In this document: positions 48,216-57,291 of the stretch, piece by piece
Numbering within the stretch: position 1 is the stretch's first letter
How the letters are laid out: every line of letters starts with the position of its first letter
IMG/VR virus record: IMGVR_UViG_3300032173_000002
Span: 1 to 64,000 of that record
Origin: a virus
Strand: one strand, 5' to 3'
Length of the DNA stretch: 64,000 bases
Translations under genes and position numbers: made by a program
Notes under the pieces: generated by a model
What the model was told of the DNA's origin: nothing
What the model saw: only the letters and a program-made list of their open reading frames with translations
Databases searched by the model: none

Positions 48216-48749
48216 ATGGCATATCGAATCATACCTACCGATCCAACAAAGACGCTGTTTATCAAGACTAACGATGGGGAAATCTACCATACTTTCGCTA
48301 GTGGATCTACGCCGTATTGGATTGTCGTGTCCAATTCGGTGTACGATGAGATTGACGACAGTGTAGAGCGATTGAAAGAATCTGGAGCGCTGAGTGTTAG
48401 TGTAGTCCAGGATTTCTCCCCCATAAAAGACCCAGTTAGGGTGGTTGCGACTAGCAACATTACTCTGGCTAATCAGCAGACAATTGATGGTGTTGCTGTT
48501 GTTGCAGGGGACAGAGTGCTGGCTGCGGGACAGACTGATGCTAAGACCAAAGGTATTTATGATGTAGCTTCTGGGGCAAACTGGACTCGCTCCGGTGATT
48601 TTGATGCTTCCTACAAGATTCAGGGTGGGGTTCTGATCCCGGTAGCTGAGGGAACAGCTAATCATGATACCATCTGGATCTTGACGACAGACGACCCGAT
48701 TATTTTGGGAACTACCAGTCTTACCTTTGAAGCTTACGCCTCCCTGTAA
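48216..48749 (+). CDS. head decoration/fibre-anchor protein
   Basis: KDPVRVVATSNITL...QTIDGV...GDRVL..GQTD...GIY...WTR motif of phage fibre N-termini; strong RBS. Confidence 0.7.
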   Translation: MAYRIIPTDPTKTLFIKTNDGEIYHTFASGSTPYWIVVSNSVYDEIDDSVERLKESGALSVSVVQDFSPIKDPVRVVATSNITLANQQTIDGVAVVAGDRVLAAGQTDAKTKGIYDVASGANWTRSGDFDASYKIQGGVLIPVAEGTANHDTIWILTTDDPIILGTTSLTFEAYASL

Positions 48750-48789
48750 GGTGACTATATTGTGATGCCCTGCGAAGGGAGGTGATAGA

Positions 48790-50196
48790 GTGGGTAGATT
48801 GATCAGAGGAGTGTTTGATCCAGGGGTCAAGTTCGAGTTTGTGGAAGGTGCGCCAGGGGAAGTGGACGGGGAGCATATCCTGGGTAAGGTGCGAGGGAGG
48901 TTCTTCGTCCCTGGTGGAGTTTCTCGGAATTCCCGTTACTATCCTCCAGAAGTATGGGAACGACAGCTTGGTCTTGAAGAAGTAAAGTCCAGGCTGGAGA
49001 ACAAGCAGATGTTCGGAACGATTGGCCACGAGGATGAGATTAGTGATAAGAATCTTCGTGATGGAAAGATGTCGCATATTGTTACTCGTCTCACTCCTGA
49101 CGGACAGAACTGCGAGGCCTTGATTCTGAACACACCTGCCGGGAAGGTGCTAAATACAGTTCTTCGTGCCGGGGCAAAGTTGTATGTTTCCAGCAGAGCA
49201 GATGGAGAGTATAAGGGAACGCACAATGGGGTTCCTATGGTTGACCCAGAGAAGTTCAAACTGGAGGGTTTTGATTTTGTTTTAGATCCTGGATTCCTGG
49301 AGGCAAACCCAGGTCTAGTGGAAAGTTACAAAGCTGATTTTGATTCTGTTCTTGGAGGTGATGCAATTCCGAAGAGAAATTTTACTGAAAAGGAGGTAGT
49401 GAAATCTATGGAACAAGAATTTGCAGAGGCCTTGATGAAGAAGAATAGTCGTCTGGAGGAGGAACTTAATCGGGTGTTAGGTGAACTTCAGATGCAGACT
49501 TCTAGAGCCAATAGTTTGGAGGCTGAGAGGTCAGTTTGGTCTCAGAAAGAAAGGGATCTCACCGAAACTAAGAAAGCCTTGGAAAGTGCGCAGGCTTCTC
49601 TGAAAGAGTATGAGTCTTTGGGGACTCCTTCGGAGATTTCCAGAGCATTTGACTTAGCTATGAAAATGAAGGAGTCTTTCAAGGAGCTTGGCACCCCGAA
49701 AGAGATTTCCAGGGCATTTGATTTGGCAGCTAAGAGGTTGAGGGAGTACAAGTCCCTTGGATCAGTTTCTGAGATTAGGAAAGCTCTTGATCTTGCTCGC
49801 AAACTTCTGGAAGCTTACAAGCCTCTTGGAAGGCCGGGAGAGATCAAGGCTGCTTTCGATAAGGCAGAGGGATTTATCAGGAGAGTCCGGGAGACTCAAA
49901 AGAAGAAAAAGGTTGAGGCCTTATCGAAGGAACTGGGTGTCCCTGAGAAGGATATTACCAAAGTCCTGGGCAAGCCAGTGAAGGAGGAGGATATAAAGGA
50001 CTTGGTGAAATCGCTCAGAGAGAGCACCAAGGCTAAGGACAGGTTCGGTGCTCGGCCCAAGGACAAGGATTCGGGCGGTTCCGATAACGAGTCTAGGGGC
50101 GTTGACTTCAGCGAGTCCTTAGCAGACAGGCTGTCCAGGCAGTTCAATCGGACAGTCCCAACTTCGAAGAAGAAAGTAAGTCCAATTAACAGTTAG
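48790..50196 (+). CDS. prohead protease (T4 gp21-like) fused to scaffold/core
   Basis: SRNSRYYP, GTIGH, SHIV, LNTPAGK, VSSRADG, FDFVLDPGF; long coiled-coil C-terminus; precedes the MCP. Confidence 0.9.
   Translation: MGRLIRGVFDPGVKFEFVEGAPGEVDGEHILGKVRGRFFVPGGVSRNSRYYPPEVWERQLGLEEVKSRLENKQMFGTIGHEDEISDKNLRDGKMSHIVTRLTPDGQNCEALILNTPAGKVLNTVLRAGAKLYVSSRADGEYKGTHNGVPMVDPEKFKLEGFDFVLDPGFLEANPGLVESYKADFDSVLGGDAIPKRNFTEKEVVKSMEQEFAEALMKKNSRLEEELNRVLGELQMQTSRANSLEAERSVWSQKERDLTETKKALESAQASLKEYESLGTPSEISRAFDLAMKMKESFKELGTPKEISRAFDLAAKRLREYKSLGSVSEIRKALDLARKLLEAYKPLGRPGEIKAAFDKAEGFIRRVRETQKKKKVEALSKELGVPEKDITKVLGKPVKEEDIKDLVKSLRESTKAKDRFGARPKDKDSGGSDNESRGVDFSESLADRLSRQFNRTVPTSKKKVSPINS
49618..49866 (+). 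repeat. 4 x 23-aa helical repeat in the scaffold
   Basis: LG(T/S/R)(P/V)xEIxxA(F/L)DxA at 69-nt spacing (49618, 49687, 49756, 49825). Confidence 0.85.
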
Positions 50197-50213
50197 AAGG
50201 AGGTAACAAAAAT

Positions 50214-51629
50214 ATGCCGGAAATGCAAGAAGCTTTAGCAGAGGCGCGAGTTAATAAGATGCGGCGGGAGGCCGAGCGCCTGTATGAGAGATATCCCAAA
50301 CAAATGAACACCCTGGAGAGCAAGTCCTTGCTATCCAGAGTTAGACAGATTGAGTATTGGGATATTTATGGTCTTGGGAAAATTCTGGAGCAATTTTCCG
50401 AAGACCTAAAGATGTTTGAGGAGCAAGGGAATGTGGGGCTACTGGGCGTTATCCCCAACATTGCCTTCGATGTCTTGACAGTAGCATATGGTGCAAGCAT
50501 CGTGCCTTTAATCTGCTCGGTACAGCCTATCGAGGAAGAACAGGGCACAGTGTACTTCAAGACAGTTCGGTCTGCCACCCAGAAGGGGAACTTGACTGCT
50601 GGCCAGACCATCTTGGATCCTCGCTCGATTCAGGTAACTCCCTATGCCTTCGCTAGCAACTATGTATCTGGGGAGGTAGCGGGAACTACTTCCAATGGTG
50701 TAACTGAGTATGCCCTGACAACCAATACTACCCCAGTGAGACCGAGAACCTTTTCCGTTGCTATCTCTGAACTCTCTGTTTCGGGAGTGGATGATGGTAG
50801 CGGGAATATTGCCGGAGTGGGTTGCTCAGGGACAATCGATTACACCACAGGAGTAGTGAACCTGACCCTTGTGGAAGATCCGGGCGATACTTACAACATC
50901 ACCTTTAGCTACCAGATCAACTATGAGTTAGCTGAGACTCTTCCGAATATAGATAGTTACTATGCAAGCCAGACCATTCTTGCTAAGGTGTTTGCCCTTA
51001 GAGGAACTGTCGGCTTGCTGATGAGCTATGGATTAAGGAAGAGATTCGGGCTCATCGCAGAGGATGAGCTTGCTAAGGATCTGGTGAACGAGATCAATGC
51101 GGAAATTGGGGGAACTCTGATCCGTATGATGTATAGCAAAGCAGTGGGAAATACAGATTGGGATCAGACAGTCCCTGACGGAGTCAGTTGGTTCGAGCAC
51201 CAGATGAGTTACAAGAAAGCGGTAGCCTATGCAGAGTCCACCATTGTAGGGAATGCCGGTCGCGGGACGATCAGTGGTTTGATCGTTGGACAATCCCATT
51301 CTGCGATCTATGAGACTTTGCCTGGGTTCGAGAAGCTAACCGATGGGAACACCATCGGGCCGCATCTCTTCGGCACCTTCGATGGAAAGTCGGTTATTCG
51401 GGTTCCTGAAACTTCCATGCTGGGGACTTGGAATGGACTTGCTTTCTGGAAGGGTACAAGCCCGTTTGAAGCTCCTGCGGTGTATTCCCCGTTCATGCCG
51501 TTAGTGGTTACAGATTTGCTTCCTATCGGCCTGAACCCGTTGGGAACACAGCGGGCGGCTGCGGTATGGGCTGGACTGGATGTGTTGGTCGAACGGTTCA
51601 TTACCAAGCTGACTGTAACTCAGACCTAA
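50214..51629 (+). CDS. major capsid protein (T4 gp23-like)
   Basis: SVQPI..QGTVYF, DLVNEINAEI, AVYSPFMPL; follows the protease; AAGGAGGT RBS. Confidence 0.9.
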   Translation: MPEMQEALAEARVNKMRREAERLYERYPKQMNTLESKSLLSRVRQIEYWDIYGLGKILEQFSEDLKMFEEQGNVGLLGVIPNIAFDVLTVAYGASIVPLICSVQPIEEEQGTVYFKTVRSATQKGNLTAGQTILDPRSIQVTPYAFASNYVSGEVAGTTSNGVTEYALTTNTTPVRPRTFSVAISELSVSGVDDGSGNIAGVGCSGTIDYTTGVVNLTLVEDPGDTYNITFSYQINYELAETLPNIDSYYASQTILAKVFALRGTVGLLMSYGLRKRFGLIAEDELAKDLVNEINAEIGGTLIRMMYSKAVGNTDWDQTVPDGVSWFEHQMSYKKAVAYAESTIVGNAGRGTISGLIVGQSHSAIYETLPGFEKLTDGNTIGPHLFGTFDGKSVIRVPETSMLGTWNGLAFWKGTSPFEAPAVYSPFMPLVVTDLLPIGLNPLGTQRAAAVWAGLDVLVERFITKLTVTQT

Positions 51630-51641
51630 GTGAAGTGAAAG

Positions 51642-51679
51642 CCAGAGGGAGAGGTCTTATCCCTCTCCCTCTGGTGTTT
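51642..51679 (+). terminator. intrinsic terminator-like hairpin after the MCP
   Basis: 13-bp stem CCAGAGGGAGAGG/CCTCTCCCTCTGG followed by TGTTT. Confidence 0.75.
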
Positions 51680-51680
51680 G

Positions 51681-51754
51681 CATTCTTGCCTTGGGGCTAC
51701 AAGGCATGGGGATTTCCCCTAAAAGTCCCCGACTAAAGTCGGGGGAGTAGTCAC
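51681..51754 (+). mobile_element. TnpB/IS605-type right-end remnant (copy 2)
   Basis: 71/74 identical to 5776-5849; ends GAGTAGTCAC. Confidence 0.75.
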
Positions 51755-51771
51755 TAAGTCGAGGGAACAGG

Positions 51772-52422
51772 ATGACTATTAAAGAGATTTTTGAAAAGGT
51801 GCTCATTCTATCCGGACAATACCATCTCTCAGTAGATCAAATAGACTTGGACTACCAAGCCTTTGTAAAGCTGGTGAAGCATACCCTGACTACATTTAAT
51901 CGTTGGTTCCCAAGGACCATTAGGTATAACAAGAATATCCCGGAGACCTTTTATACCTTCAGCGATGCGGAAGGAATACCGGATTGGGTTTCTGAGTGTA
52001 ATCCTATTCAGGTATTGGGAATGCCTTGGCAGCTATTCGATTGGAGAAAACAGAAGCTTCAAGAGAAGCAGTCCTTTGTATGGGAATATCATAGCGAGAC
52101 CCATACTCTTTATGTTCAAGCTGGGGGTTTGTTTGAGATCATAGGAGTAATCGGCCATAAGATTACTGTCCCGGTGGGGAAGGAGGACTCTCCCCAGGAT
52201 TGGGAGATCACTACAATTAACGAAGTAGAACATGACAAGTTTTTCGAACTGCTCGCAGGAAGGTTTATGTACACAGTAGGCCTTGCCCGTGGCAGCTTTG
52301 GTGGCCTTGATCTTGGCTTTACCATAAATTCTCAGTTAATGCTGGATGAGGGGAAGAGGATGATTTCCGAAGCTACAAGCTGGTTAGAGAAGAACGGGAA
52401 ACAATATCTGGCATGGGGGTAG
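51772..52422 (+). CDS. neck/head-completion protein (gp13-like)
   Basis: Position after the MCP; GLARGSF...INSQLMLDEG. Confidence 0.6.
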   Translation: MTIKEIFEKVLILSGQYHLSVDQIDLDYQAFVKLVKHTLTTFNRWFPRTIRYNKNIPETFYTFSDAEGIPDWVSECNPIQVLGMPWQLFDWRKQKLQEKQSFVWEYHSETHTLYVQAGGLFEIIGVIGHKITVPVGKEDSPQDWEITTINEVEHDKFFELLAGRFMYTVGLARGSFGGLDLGFTINSQLMLDEGKRMISEATSWLEKNGKQYLAWG

Positions 52423-53385
52423 ATGGGGATGGCTCTTACATTGAGGGATATTGCGAATCGGATGCTGTCAGCCTACCGCAAAGCGGATTACTCTTTAGTG
52501 GGGGTACATAATGTGGAAGTGGATGCCTGGGTTGGGACAAAGGCAATCCTCTTTACTGCAGACGTGGATAGTAGTGAGGGTGGAACTTACGATGTAGGAG
52601 TTGAGTTTTTTCAAGTTGTATTCTCCAATGGACCGAAGCCAGGCTGGATTCCTGTAGAGTCTGAAGATGGGGTGATTTACGCAGAACCACCTTCTATGAC
52701 CTATAGCAACTGTGCCTTGAAGTGTGCATGTTTTACTGGCGATACTCTGATCCCTCTTGCCGATGGGTATTCCGTTCCTATCAAAGACCTTGTGGGAAGA
52801 GAGGAGTTTTTTGTTTATTCCTATGATTTGGATAAGAAACAGATTACGATTGGAAGAGGACACTCTTGTTGTCTGACTCGTGAGAATGCTCAAGTTCTTA
52901 CTGTTCCTTTGGATAACAAGACAGTTATTACCTGCACACCAGATCACCTTTTCCTTATGAAGGACGGTAGGTATAAGAAAGCGGAAGACCTTGTTCCAGG
53001 GGACTCCTTGCTTCCTCTGTATAGAGATCTGGCTGAAAGTGGTAAAGCTTGTGGAAAGGTTGCTGGTTTCCCTCTGCCGAAAGATGAGCCTGCTGATGTA
53101 TATTGTTTTACGGTGGACAAATACGAGAACTTTGCTGTTGATGTTGATCGAGGGGCTTCGCTATCCAGCGGGGTTTTCGTTCATAACTGCCCTGATTTTC
53201 GTTACCGATTTGAGAAACCGTTGTATGATGTCGGCTCGCTCATTGGGAACTGGAGGAGGTATCGCCGGAGGGTAGGTGCCACAAGAACTATGCCCCCAGT
53301 AAATCCACGCCAGATACCTGGCTACTGCAAACATGTTTATTCCTTAGTTCAGGCTTTGGTCAATTCCAGGATGGTAAAGGGATAA
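52423..53385 (+). CDS. SWIM-type Zn-finger protein containing a mini-intein
   Basis: Spliced extein CxC-PDF...NP...YCKH; intein CFTGDT...VHN. Confidence 0.85.
   Translation: MGMALTLRDIANRMLSAYRKADYSLVGVHNVEVDAWVGTKAILFTADVDSSEGGTYDVGVEFFQVVFSNGPKPGWIPVESEDGVIYAEPPSMTYSNCALKCACFTGDTLIPLADGYSVPIKDLVGREEFFVYSYDLDKKQITIGRGHSCCLTRENAQVLTVPLDNKTVITCTPDHLFLMKDGRYKKAEDLVPGDSLLPLYRDLAESGKACGKVAGFPLPKDEPADVYCFTVDKYENFAVDVDRGASLSSGVFVHNCPDFRYRFEKPLYDVGSLIGNWRRYRRRVGATRTMPPVNPRQIPGYCKHVYSLVQALVNSRMVKG
52729..53187 (+). mobile_element. mini-intein (153 aa, no homing endonuclease)
   Basis: Block A CFTGDTLI, block B CTPDHLF, block F DVYCFTV, block G VHN followed by Cys. Confidence 0.92.
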
Positions 53386-53392
53386 ATCGGCT

Positions 53393-53854
53393 GTGGGTCT
53401 TATCAATTGTGTTCCAGATGTATTTCGAGATAATGTCCCAAAATGGCTAACCCACCTTCAGTCTTACTATGGATTGAAGTGTGAGTATTTTTATCCTATT
53501 CAGTCCGGTAGTTTTTACTGGACTGAGGATGCTGGCTGTCAGTATGATGCTGAGCCAGCGGAGGTGGAAACCGATGTAGTGGTTGGAAAAGGAATCTTAG
53601 GACAGAGGTTTAAGTCGGATGCTAGCCTCGATATGTTTACAGAGAATTCAACAGTGATTCTTCTTCCTCCAGAGCGAACGCTACCAAAGGATACCAAGGT
53701 CAAGGTGCATCTGGGGAAGGAGATAGCTTCTGGCTCTTTGTTTCAGGAGTTCCGAGTGGAACGAATTGAAGCAGTATATGCTGCTTCAGGTTCTATCATT
53801 AACAAAGCTGTACTGTGGCCTTTCAATGCGCCAGTAGATTATGAAGGAGGGTAA
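53393..53854 (+). CDS. head-tail connector (gp14-like), positional
   Basis: YYGLKCEYF; neck region. Confidence 0.5.
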   Translation: MGLINCVPDVFRDNVPKWLTHLQSYYGLKCEYFYPIQSGSFYWTEDAGCQYDAEPAEVETDVVVGKGILGQRFKSDASLDMFTENSTVILLPPERTLPKDTKVKVHLGKEIASGSLFQEFRVERIEAVYAASGSIINKAVLWPFNAPVDYEGG

Positions 53855-53856
53855 AA

Positions 53857-54063
53857 ATGAGCAAAGCCAGAGAGTTTTTGGAGATGGAGTTACTAAGTCA
53901 AGATCTGCGGAGGGAAGCTGCTGCTGTCGAGGATCATTTGAATAAGTTTTATGATCGTTGGCATCTCGTATTTAATGATGAGGAGTTAGATGCGATTACC
54001 TCAGCTTTGAAGATCCTTCGCAATCTTCAAAAAGTGGACTTGCTGGTCAAGCCTCAGCGTTGA
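53857..54063 (+). CDS. leader-bearing small protein inserted in the neck operon
   Basis: MSKAREFLEME; AAGGAGG RBS. Confidence 0.65.
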   Translation: MSKAREFLEMELLSQDLRREAAAVEDHLNKFYDRWHLVFNDEELDAITSALKILRNLQKVDLLVKPQR

Positions 54064-54103
54064 AGATCCTTCACGATCTTCAAATGAATGAGTAGGAGAT
54101 AAA

Positions 54104-54742
54104 GTGATTACTGTCCTTGTCTTGAACTCCTTCTCTAACTACCTGCGGGATGATGTTCTCAATATAGAACCCATCCACGGCTATATACTGGGAGACACGA
54201 TCTATACCTGGAGTGTTGAGAACTTCCAGCTTGTCAGAAAGCATGTGGTAGAGCAGGATGAAGAGAGGAAAGCCTCTGGAATTCCCTATTGGTTAGTCTT
54301 TCTCTGCTCACGGAGTAAGATAGATGTGAGCAAATTACAGGCTCGTCATTTCCCTAAGAAGGTCTGGGCCAATTCTACACAGGAGCCAGATGTAATGAGT
54401 TATGAATACCGCATGGCGAGCCTGGATTTCAAGCTGAACATCTATTCCAATTCTATTAAAGTAGCAGAAGATGTAGAGGAAATCATTCTGGCCAGGCATG
54501 TGGATCATCCAATAGAGGTAACTGTTCCTGGTCTGTTTGATGATCTAAATAAGCCACTAATGGCCGATGTAATGGATTTCAAGGTGGATGCTCTTCAGAA
54601 AGGGGACTCTTCTAAAGCAGGTACTATGGTCTACCTGCAGTGCTCTGGCGCTTTGCACTATCCTTTGTTATTGTCCAATGAGGTTTTGCCTCTGATTACA
54701 AATATCGTTACGACTATCAATTTCAAAATAGATATGGAATAG
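54104..54742 (+). CDS. tail terminator/sheath stabiliser (gp15-like), positional
   Basis: LDFKLNIYS...EDVEE; upstream of the sheath. Confidence 0.55.
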   Translation: MITVLVLNSFSNYLRDDVLNIEPIHGYILGDTIYTWSVENFQLVRKHVVEQDEERKASGIPYWLVFLCSRSKIDVSKLQARHFPKKVWANSTQEPDVMSYEYRMASLDFKLNIYSNSIKVAEDVEEIILARHVDHPIEVTVPGLFDDLNKPLMADVMDFKVDALQKGDSSKAGTMVYLQCSGALHYPLLLSNEVLPLITNIVTTINFKIDME

Positions 54743-54755
54743 GGGAGGTGATTCC

Positions 54756-54974
54756 ATGAATAAACCGAGGAGGCCTTATGTTTCTCTGGATTCTCCTGGG
54801 GAGGTAAGTGGGGGGTCTCAGTTTGTGATTCTGAAGTCCAAACGGAATCACAATATCTACATTATGTATGATGGGAGTACCCTGGTGCTTCCCCCTGGGG
54901 GGAAAACTTCAAAGCTGGAGGCTTCGAAGTTGGGGACGATTCCAAGTGGTGTTATCAAAATCGAAGTGAAGTAA
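54756..54974 (+). CDS. small hypothetical protein
   Basis: GGAGGTG RBS. Confidence 0.6.
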   Translation: MNKPRRPYVSLDSPGEVSGGSQFVILKSKRNHNIYIMYDGSTLVLPPGGKTSKLEASKLGTIPSGVIKIEVK

Positions 54975-55004
54975 CTTTACAAGTGAACCGGAGGTGAGAA
55001 CAAT

Positions 55005-56600
55005 ATGCTAGGCAATGTAACGATATCAGAAATCTCTCTCGATACAAGGGTGCCGTCTTTTCCTGGTGCCTATGGCTATATCGCTGGACCTTTCAAAAAG
55101 GGTCCGGTGAATCAAGTTACCTTGGTGACCAGCGATGCGCAATTCCTTCGTCGGTACTCCCCAAACGAGAGGGTAGAAGTGGGATATGATCTCTCCTACT
55201 TCTCTGCATTAGCCTTTTTGCAGAAGTCAGATAAATTACAAGTGATCCGGGTAGCTTCGGGCTCCCTGTATGGAGGAGTGGAAATCTTTGAGAAATCCGG
55301 ATCTTCTAATCAAGGTGTGGCAGGGATGATTGATCCCACCGGAGAGCTTGAGGGGAGCGAGCCATATACATTCTCCTCTGGTGCGACTTTGCTACTGTAT
55401 GGGGCTAATCAGGGCGACTGGAATAACGAGATTGGTGTGAGGATTTACAACTACGCAGAGAGTCCGGATGAAGTGAAGGAGCCCAATGCTTTCTTGATCG
55501 AAGTTTACAAAGGAAGTTCTAAGAAGGAAAGCTGGGTAGTATCAAGGCAGGAGGACCATGTAGACGGGTATGGAAGGAATATATTTGTTGAGACCCTCTT
55601 GGAGGGGAGTGAGTACATTCGGGCAATCAATAATGATGCTCTTGATTCGGATACTTATCCCTATCCAAAGGAGCAAACAACAACTCTTGCTTTGACTGGT
55701 GGTGATGATGGAGGTACAGTAACTGATTCTGAGTTAATTTCCGCATTAGATGTCCTGACGGAGAGCGTACCAGTTACCCTCTTGATGGATGGTGGTCATG
55801 CAACTGCAACTTACCATGATGCCTTGCTGGATAAGGCGGAGGCAAGAGGGGATTGCTTCGCTATTCTGTCTGTACCTTATACAGCAGTGGCTAGCGCAGA
55901 TTACATGACGGAGATTCAAACCTATCGTCAGACGACTCTGAACGCAAATACATCATGGGGTGGGTTATGGACACCGGATCTGTATCTCTATGACAAATTT
56001 AACAACCGCTCTATCTATGTGTCGCCAGATGGCCACATAGCTGGGCTGATCTCCCAGAATGCGGCCAGGACGGAGCTGTGGTATGCAGCAGGGTTCGCTG
56101 GAAACAAGGCACAGATCTCCGTCCAAGGTCTCAGGAGGTACTTGACCAAAGCTGAGGGAGACACATTGTCTAACTATGGGGTCAACTGTATTATGTTTGC
56201 TCCAGGTCGTGGAATTAGACCCATGAGCCAGTTGACCTTGCTGTCCAGACCCTCTGCTTTGGATCGTGTCAATGTGAGACTGATGCTGATTGTGATTGAG
56301 CCAGCAGTGAAAGTTGCTCTGGAAGACTTCTTGTTTGAGTATAATGATGAGGATACCAGAGCAAGAGTTGTAGCGACCTTGGGAACTTACATGCTTGCCA
56401 TCAGGGCTCGTAAGGGAGTCGCTGATTTCCAGATTAAGTGTGACTCTGACAACAACTTACCTTATGATATTGAGAATCATATTCTCAATGTGGACTTGCT
56501 GGTCAAGCCGCTGCTCACGGTAGAGTTTATCAAGTGTAATGTGGTGATTACGCCTCAAGGGATGACCTTCAGCGTCGCTGAAGAAATGATCCGAGGTTAG
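55005..56600 (+). CDS. contractile tail sheath (gp18-like)
   Basis: EISLD, GPFKKGP, LTGGDDG, WYAAG, DRVNVRL, FLFEYND, KCDSDNN, KP..VEFI. Confidence 0.95.
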   Translation: MLGNVTISEISLDTRVPSFPGAYGYIAGPFKKGPVNQVTLVTSDAQFLRRYSPNERVEVGYDLSYFSALAFLQKSDKLQVIRVASGSLYGGVEIFEKSGSSNQGVAGMIDPTGELEGSEPYTFSSGATLLLYGANQGDWNNEIGVRIYNYAESPDEVKEPNAFLIEVYKGSSKKESWVVSRQEDHVDGYGRNIFVETLLEGSEYIRAINNDALDSDTYPYPKEQTTTLALTGGDDGGTVTDSELISALDVLTESVPVTLLMDGGHATATYHDALLDKAEARGDCFAILSVPYTAVASADYMTEIQTYRQTTLNANTSWGGLWTPDLYLYDKFNNRSIYVSPDGHIAGLISQNAARTELWYAAGFAGNKAQISVQGLRRYLTKAEGDTLSNYGVNCIMFAPGRGIRPMSQLTLLSRPSALDRVNVRLMLIVIEPAVKVALEDFLFEYNDEDTRARVVATLGTYMLAIRARKGVADFQIKCDSDNNLPYDIENHILNVDLLVKPLLTVEFIKCNVVITPQGMTFSVAEEMIRG

Positions 56601-56616
56601 AGAAAGGAGGGTAGAT

Positions 56617-57189
56617 ATGCCGAGAGTTCAGATTGATCAGATTAGAGGAAGTGGGCAGGTAGTTACAAACTATAACTGGATGATAAAGATCCTCCGAAAA
56701 CCTGCGATCCCGTTTCATGTTCCTGGGGATCTGATGCTAGACTTTCGCTGCGTCACAGCAACTGAGCCTGTTTACTCTGATGCAACTCCAATGGAGCCGA
56801 CAATTAGGGGACATACAATTGCCGTCCCAGGGATGGTTAAGTGTAGCAGGGATTTTAAGATCACTGTACTTGAAACTGCAAATCTGGATATGCGAAAATT
56901 GTTTGTCCCCTGGTTACAGGCAACTTACGACCCCATTACAGGTATTGCTGGACCGGATTTAGCGGTTACAGCGGATATCATGCTTGTTCGGATGAACAGG
57001 CATGATATCCCATTGTGGGAGTTCGTAATTTTCTATGCCTTCCCCACGAGATTTAGTGACGGAGCAAATGCGTTCGCTAATGGGGCTACTCCTGGGAGCA
57101 TTACTTGCGAGATAGACTTTGCTTATACCTACTTCAAGCAAGGCCTGTCTACGCTGTCTGTAGCAAGTCCTGTTCCTGTGGTGCTGTAG
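56617..57189 (+). CDS. tail tube protein (gp19-like)
   Basis: Follows the sheath; RGHTIAVPG, FVPW, AFPT, FAYTYF. Confidence 0.8.
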   Translation: MPRVQIDQIRGSGQVVTNYNWMIKILRKPAIPFHVPGDLMLDFRCVTATEPVYSDATPMEPTIRGHTIAVPGMVKCSRDFKITVLETANLDMRKLFVPWLQATYDPITGIAGPDLAVTADIMLVRMNRHDIPLWEFVIFYAFPTRFSDGANAFANGATPGSITCEIDFAYTYFKQGLSTLSVASPVPVVL

Positions 57190-57291
57190 CCGATTTTCTT
57201 AGAGAAGCAAAGGCAGCACCCACTTTACTTTACCCTCTTTTGCCCACTCGCATCGCTACTGTCTAAACTCCTTTCTCAAGGAGAATACCCT

